Program-made: the position numbers and the translations under genes
Origin: Alkalispirochaeta sp.
GTDB taxonomy: Bacteria > Spirochaetota > Spirochaetia > DSM-27196 > Alkalispirochaetaceae
NCBI GenBank assembly: GCA_965601925.1
Contig: OZ271854.1
Coordinates: 4,160,001-4,224,000, forward strand
Reading direction: 5' to 3'
Length of the DNA: 64,000 bases
Notes under the pieces: generated by a model
Told to the model about the DNA's origin: nothing
The model's input: the letters and a program-made list of their open reading frames with translations, nothing else
The model's database searches: none
Shown here: in pieces, positions 61,207 to 64,000 of the stretch
How positions within the stretch are numbered: the first letter of the stretch is position 1
Layout: the number at the start of each line of letters is the position of its first letter

Positions 61207-61953
61207 TCAATCCGAGACGACATCGCGATCAGCGACCCAAACGTCATAGTGATAGTTGGACAAACCCGGTTCGAAGAATAGCTCGATCTCATACAAACGG
61301 CCTCCGTCGACGGATTCAACGACGATGCTGCCTCCTTCAATATTGCGTTGATACGAGAGAATCGCCGCTTCGCCAGTACTCCGTGTGATTCTATCGACAC
61401 CGCTCTCTGACAGACGTGTGCGCGAGCCGCCCTCACCGGCGCCGAACGGGAAATGTCGGTCATACAGTCTGTCATCGTCGATGTAAAACCATTCTTCGAA
61501 CAGTGGATTATCCGCACTGAACCCTACAGGTCTTGAACTGATAAAGTATGGTGAGAAGCCAGAATCAGTGCGATAAGTGAAGCTACGAACATCATCTCCG
61601 AATCTTTGCTCTACTTCGACCGCATTCTCGAGGTAACTGAAGAGATAAGAGAAATCTGAAAAATCTACGTCTTCGGGAAGAATCGAGTATTCAGCCCACG
61701 TCTCTATCAACCTGCCGCCCGGGTCATACTCAAAGTATTGTGTCGACTGATATTCCACGTTACCCGAGACAGCTTGTTCCTCTAAGGTAACATGATGCAA
61801 TCGTCCATTCGCGTAGGAAAAAGTCCGCGTCTGTTCATGTCCGTCCGGCAGCACAAGTTCAATCCTAACCGGTCGCGTCGTATGCAAAGCGTCCTGTGTT
61901 GACACACACGATAAAACAAACAGAGCAATGATTAGAACAAAGCTGGCTTTCAT
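61207..61953 (-). CDS. Low-GC hypothetical lipoprotein
   Basis: MKASFVLIIALFVLSC lipobox; GGAGG upstream; about 43% GC in a counted 120-nt sample. Confidence 0.78.
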   Translation of the reverse strand: MKASFVLIIALFVLSCVSTQDALHTTRPVRIELVLPDGHEQTRTFSYANGRLHHVTLEEQAVSGNVEYQSTQYFEYDPGGRLIETWAEYSILPEDVDFSDFSYLFSYLENAVEVEQRFGDDVRSFTYRTDSGFSPYFISSRPVGFSADNPLFEEWFYIDDDRLYDRHFPFGAGEGGSRTRLSESGVDRITRSTGEAAILSYQRNIEGGSIVVESVDGGRLYEIELFFEPGLSNYHYDVWVADRDVVSD

Positions 61954-61996
61954 GAATCCCCTGTACCTCCCATGATAGACGCTCTATCTTCATCTC

Positions 61997-63574
61997 TCAG
62001 TATCGCTCCAAAATCGCAAAGACCCTCTCGGCGCCGAGCGTCTTCAAGAACCCGCCGAGGCGCGGCCCCCTCTCCTGGTCGACCAGTACGAGGTAGAGGA
62101 CGCGAAAAAACTCCTTCGGCTCGATCCCCGCCTCCCGGGCGATGCCGTACATCGCGTCCTGGAGCTCCTTCTCGCTCTTCGCATCGAGCTCGGCTCGTAC
62201 GAGTTCCCGCAGCGCGACGACCGCCGACCGTTCGCCGTCGGAGAGCTCACGGGTTGGAGCGGTCGCCGGATCGACCACCGTAAACCGAAAGTCCTCCGGG
62301 GCGAAGGAGCGAATCCAGTTCCACGCGCACCGCGCCCGCATAAAGGCTCGTTCCCGTTCGTCGTCTTCCATTGAAGAGAATCCGGGAACTCCCGCGAGAG
62401 CTCTTTCCGCATCTCCGTCGTGGATGAGGAGGAGATTACATAGATGGCGGAACGGAATCTGTACCGAAAGTCGTCCCGGTACTGAGTGCACCTGAGACAG
62501 CTCGTAGATGCGGCGCTCCTTATCGGCGCGCTTGGCGCTCACTTCCTCGCGACCGAAGTAGATTCGCTCACATCGGTCGTAGTCCTCGTAGATCTTGATT
62601 ACGTCCAGGTCGAAGCTAATGGCGAACTCAGTGTTCGGGCGCGTCCCGGCAAAGAGATAGCGCACAATCTCCGGTTGGTAGACCTCCAGTACGTCCCGTA
62701 GGCTGATCACCTCGCCGGAGGAGCTCGACATTTTGCCGCCCCGTCCTTTGATGCTGATAAAGTCGTACTGAAAGGTGACCGGCGCGGCCCAGTGGTAGAT
62801 CTCCTCGGCGATGTGGCGGGCGGTATCGAAGCTCCCCCCCTCGGAGTGGTGGTCCTTACCGGCGGGCTCGAAATCGACCTTCTCGACCGACCAGCGCATG
62901 GGCCAGTCGATGCGCCACGGTAACTTGGCCGCCCCCGATTCGCGCAGATCGATCGTGTCCTCTTTGTTCGTCTCGTCGCACCGATACGTCAGCCCCCATT
63001 CGCCGTCCCACTCGAGAATCGTGGTGGTGTCTTTGTTGGTGAATCGGCTGAACACGCTTACCGGCCACCATTCTGCGGGAAGGGGTGCGGTACGAAAGCG
63101 GTCCAGAATGGCCCTAATGTGCTCACGCTCCCGGAGAGCGGTTCGAATACCTTCGGCGTAGCGAGAGGCGCGATACTGCTCGGACTGATAAATATATTCC
63201 GGCGAGATGCCGACCCGTTCGAGCTGCTTTTCAAGCTCGATCTCGTTCGCACGAGCGTAGCTCTCGGCCTCTCCTACGGGGTCGGGCACCATGGTGATCG
63301 GCCACCGTAGATACGTCTCGAACGTATCGCGATTCGGCACATTCGTCGGCACCTTACGGAACACGTCGTAATCGTCCCATGAATAGAGGAATCTTACCGG
63401 ACGCTCCTTGTCCCTGAGCGCCCGTACGACCAACTCGACCGAAATAATCTCACGAAAGTTTCCGACATGGACGGTTCCCGAGGGCGTAATGCCCGAAGCG
63501 CACGTGTAGAGGGGTTTCTCGCCCTTCTCCCGGATGATTTTGTCGGCGGCGATATCCGCCCAATGGGTACTCAT
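61997..63574 (-). CDS. lysS: Lysine--tRNA ligase, class I
   Basis: HWAD, SGITPSG.VHVGN, WRIDWPMRW, GKDH, KMSSS, GPRL. Confidence 0.96.
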   Translation of the reverse strand: MSTHWADIAADKIIREKGEKPLYTCASGITPSGTVHVGNFREIISVELVVRALRDKERPVRFLYSWDDYDVFRKVPTNVPNRDTFETYLRWPITMVPDPVGEAESYARANEIELEKQLERVGISPEYIYQSEQYRASRYAEGIRTALREREHIRAILDRFRTAPLPAEWWPVSVFSRFTNKDTTTILEWDGEWGLTYRCDETNKEDTIDLRESGAAKLPWRIDWPMRWSVEKVDFEPAGKDHHSEGGSFDTARHIAEEIYHWAAPVTFQYDFISIKGRGGKMSSSSGEVISLRDVLEVYQPEIVRYLFAGTRPNTEFAISFDLDVIKIYEDYDRCERIYFGREEVSAKRADKERRIYELSQVHSVPGRLSVQIPFRHLCNLLLIHDGDAERALAGVPGFSSMEDDERERAFMRARCAWNWIRSFAPEDFRFTVVDPATAPTRELSDGERSAVVALRELVRAELDAKSEKELQDAMYGIAREAGIEPKEFFRVLYLVLVDQERGPRLGGFLKTLGAERVFAILERY

Positions 63575-63636
63575 AGGCGCTGAGTATACGAAAGACAATG
63601 GTAAATTTACAACGCGGAGTCGCCGATAGTGCGGGT

Positions 63637-64000
63637 ATGCGTGCTCTAACCCTGATCGTAACGGTGGCGATCCTCGCGACGACGACATTTGCAGCGGCTC
63701 AAGACGGCGGCGATTACGATAATCACCAATTAAGCGGTATCGCTTCGTGGTACGGAGGCAAGTTTCAGGGACGCCTGACGGCAAACGGCGAAGTGTTCGA
63801 CACGAACCAGCTGACCGCCGCGCACCGCACCCTCCCTTTCGGTACGATCGTCAGGGTGGTGAATCAGACCAACGATCGTGTCGTCGTCGTCAGAATTAAC
63901 GATCGCGGACCGTTCGTGGACAATCGCGTCATCGACTTGAGTCGCGCGGCGGCGGACATCATCGAGCTAACCTCAGCGGGTCTGGCGCCGGTTCGGCTCG
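63637..64000 (+). CDS. rlpA: RlpA family lytic transglycosylase, truncated by the window edge
   Basis: Manual translation: signal peptide, [34 protein letters not shown]...RVIDLS. Confidence 0.92.
   Translation, partial: MRALTLIVTVAILATTTFAAAQDGGDYDNHQLSGIASWYGGKFQGRLTANGEVFDTNQLTAAHRTLPFGTIVRVVNQTNDRVVVVRINDRGPFVDNRVIDLSRAAADIIELTSAGLAPVRL

Noticed and set aside
1..64000. tRNA, rRNA, IS elements, integrases, prophage
   Set aside because: None recognised by eye; a tRNAscan/Infernal/ISEScan run would be needed to exclude small RNAs formally.

Overview
GC-rich chromosomal window from a spirochaete, probably a free-living Spirochaetaceae. The evidence is a class I LysRS, a PPi-dependent phosphofructokinase, a CheY with a Treponema/Borrelia-type N-terminal extension and a stand-alone DbpA domain. 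It holds about 55 mostly housekeeping genes: amino-acid and sugar metabolism, a peptide-type ABC transporter, a MoxR/Bat operon, DNA repair, chemotaxis and translation. I saw no tRNA, rRNA, CRISPR array, integrase or transposase. Main observations: (1) the 5' end of a very large secreted helical protein runs off the left edge and is absent from the ORF track; it has an exact 15/14 tryptophan periodicity, extreme G-over-C skew and an in-frame low-GC segment. (2) A dozen genes have a -10 box 6-9 nt before the start codon and no clear SD, suggesting widespread leaderless mRNA. (3) A sigma54 promoter and candidate enhancer lie between an NtrC-type activator and an orphan cheY. (4) A sigma28 promoter drives an uncharacterised small gene. 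(5) A subtilase appears to carry its propeptide-like domain at the C-terminus. (6) DksA has only one Cys. (7) A DUF2779 protein has a degenerate Cas4-like nuclease motif. Product calls come from motif recognition by eye, with no database searches. Several start codons were moved from the ORF-track positions using RBS, overlap or promoter evidence.
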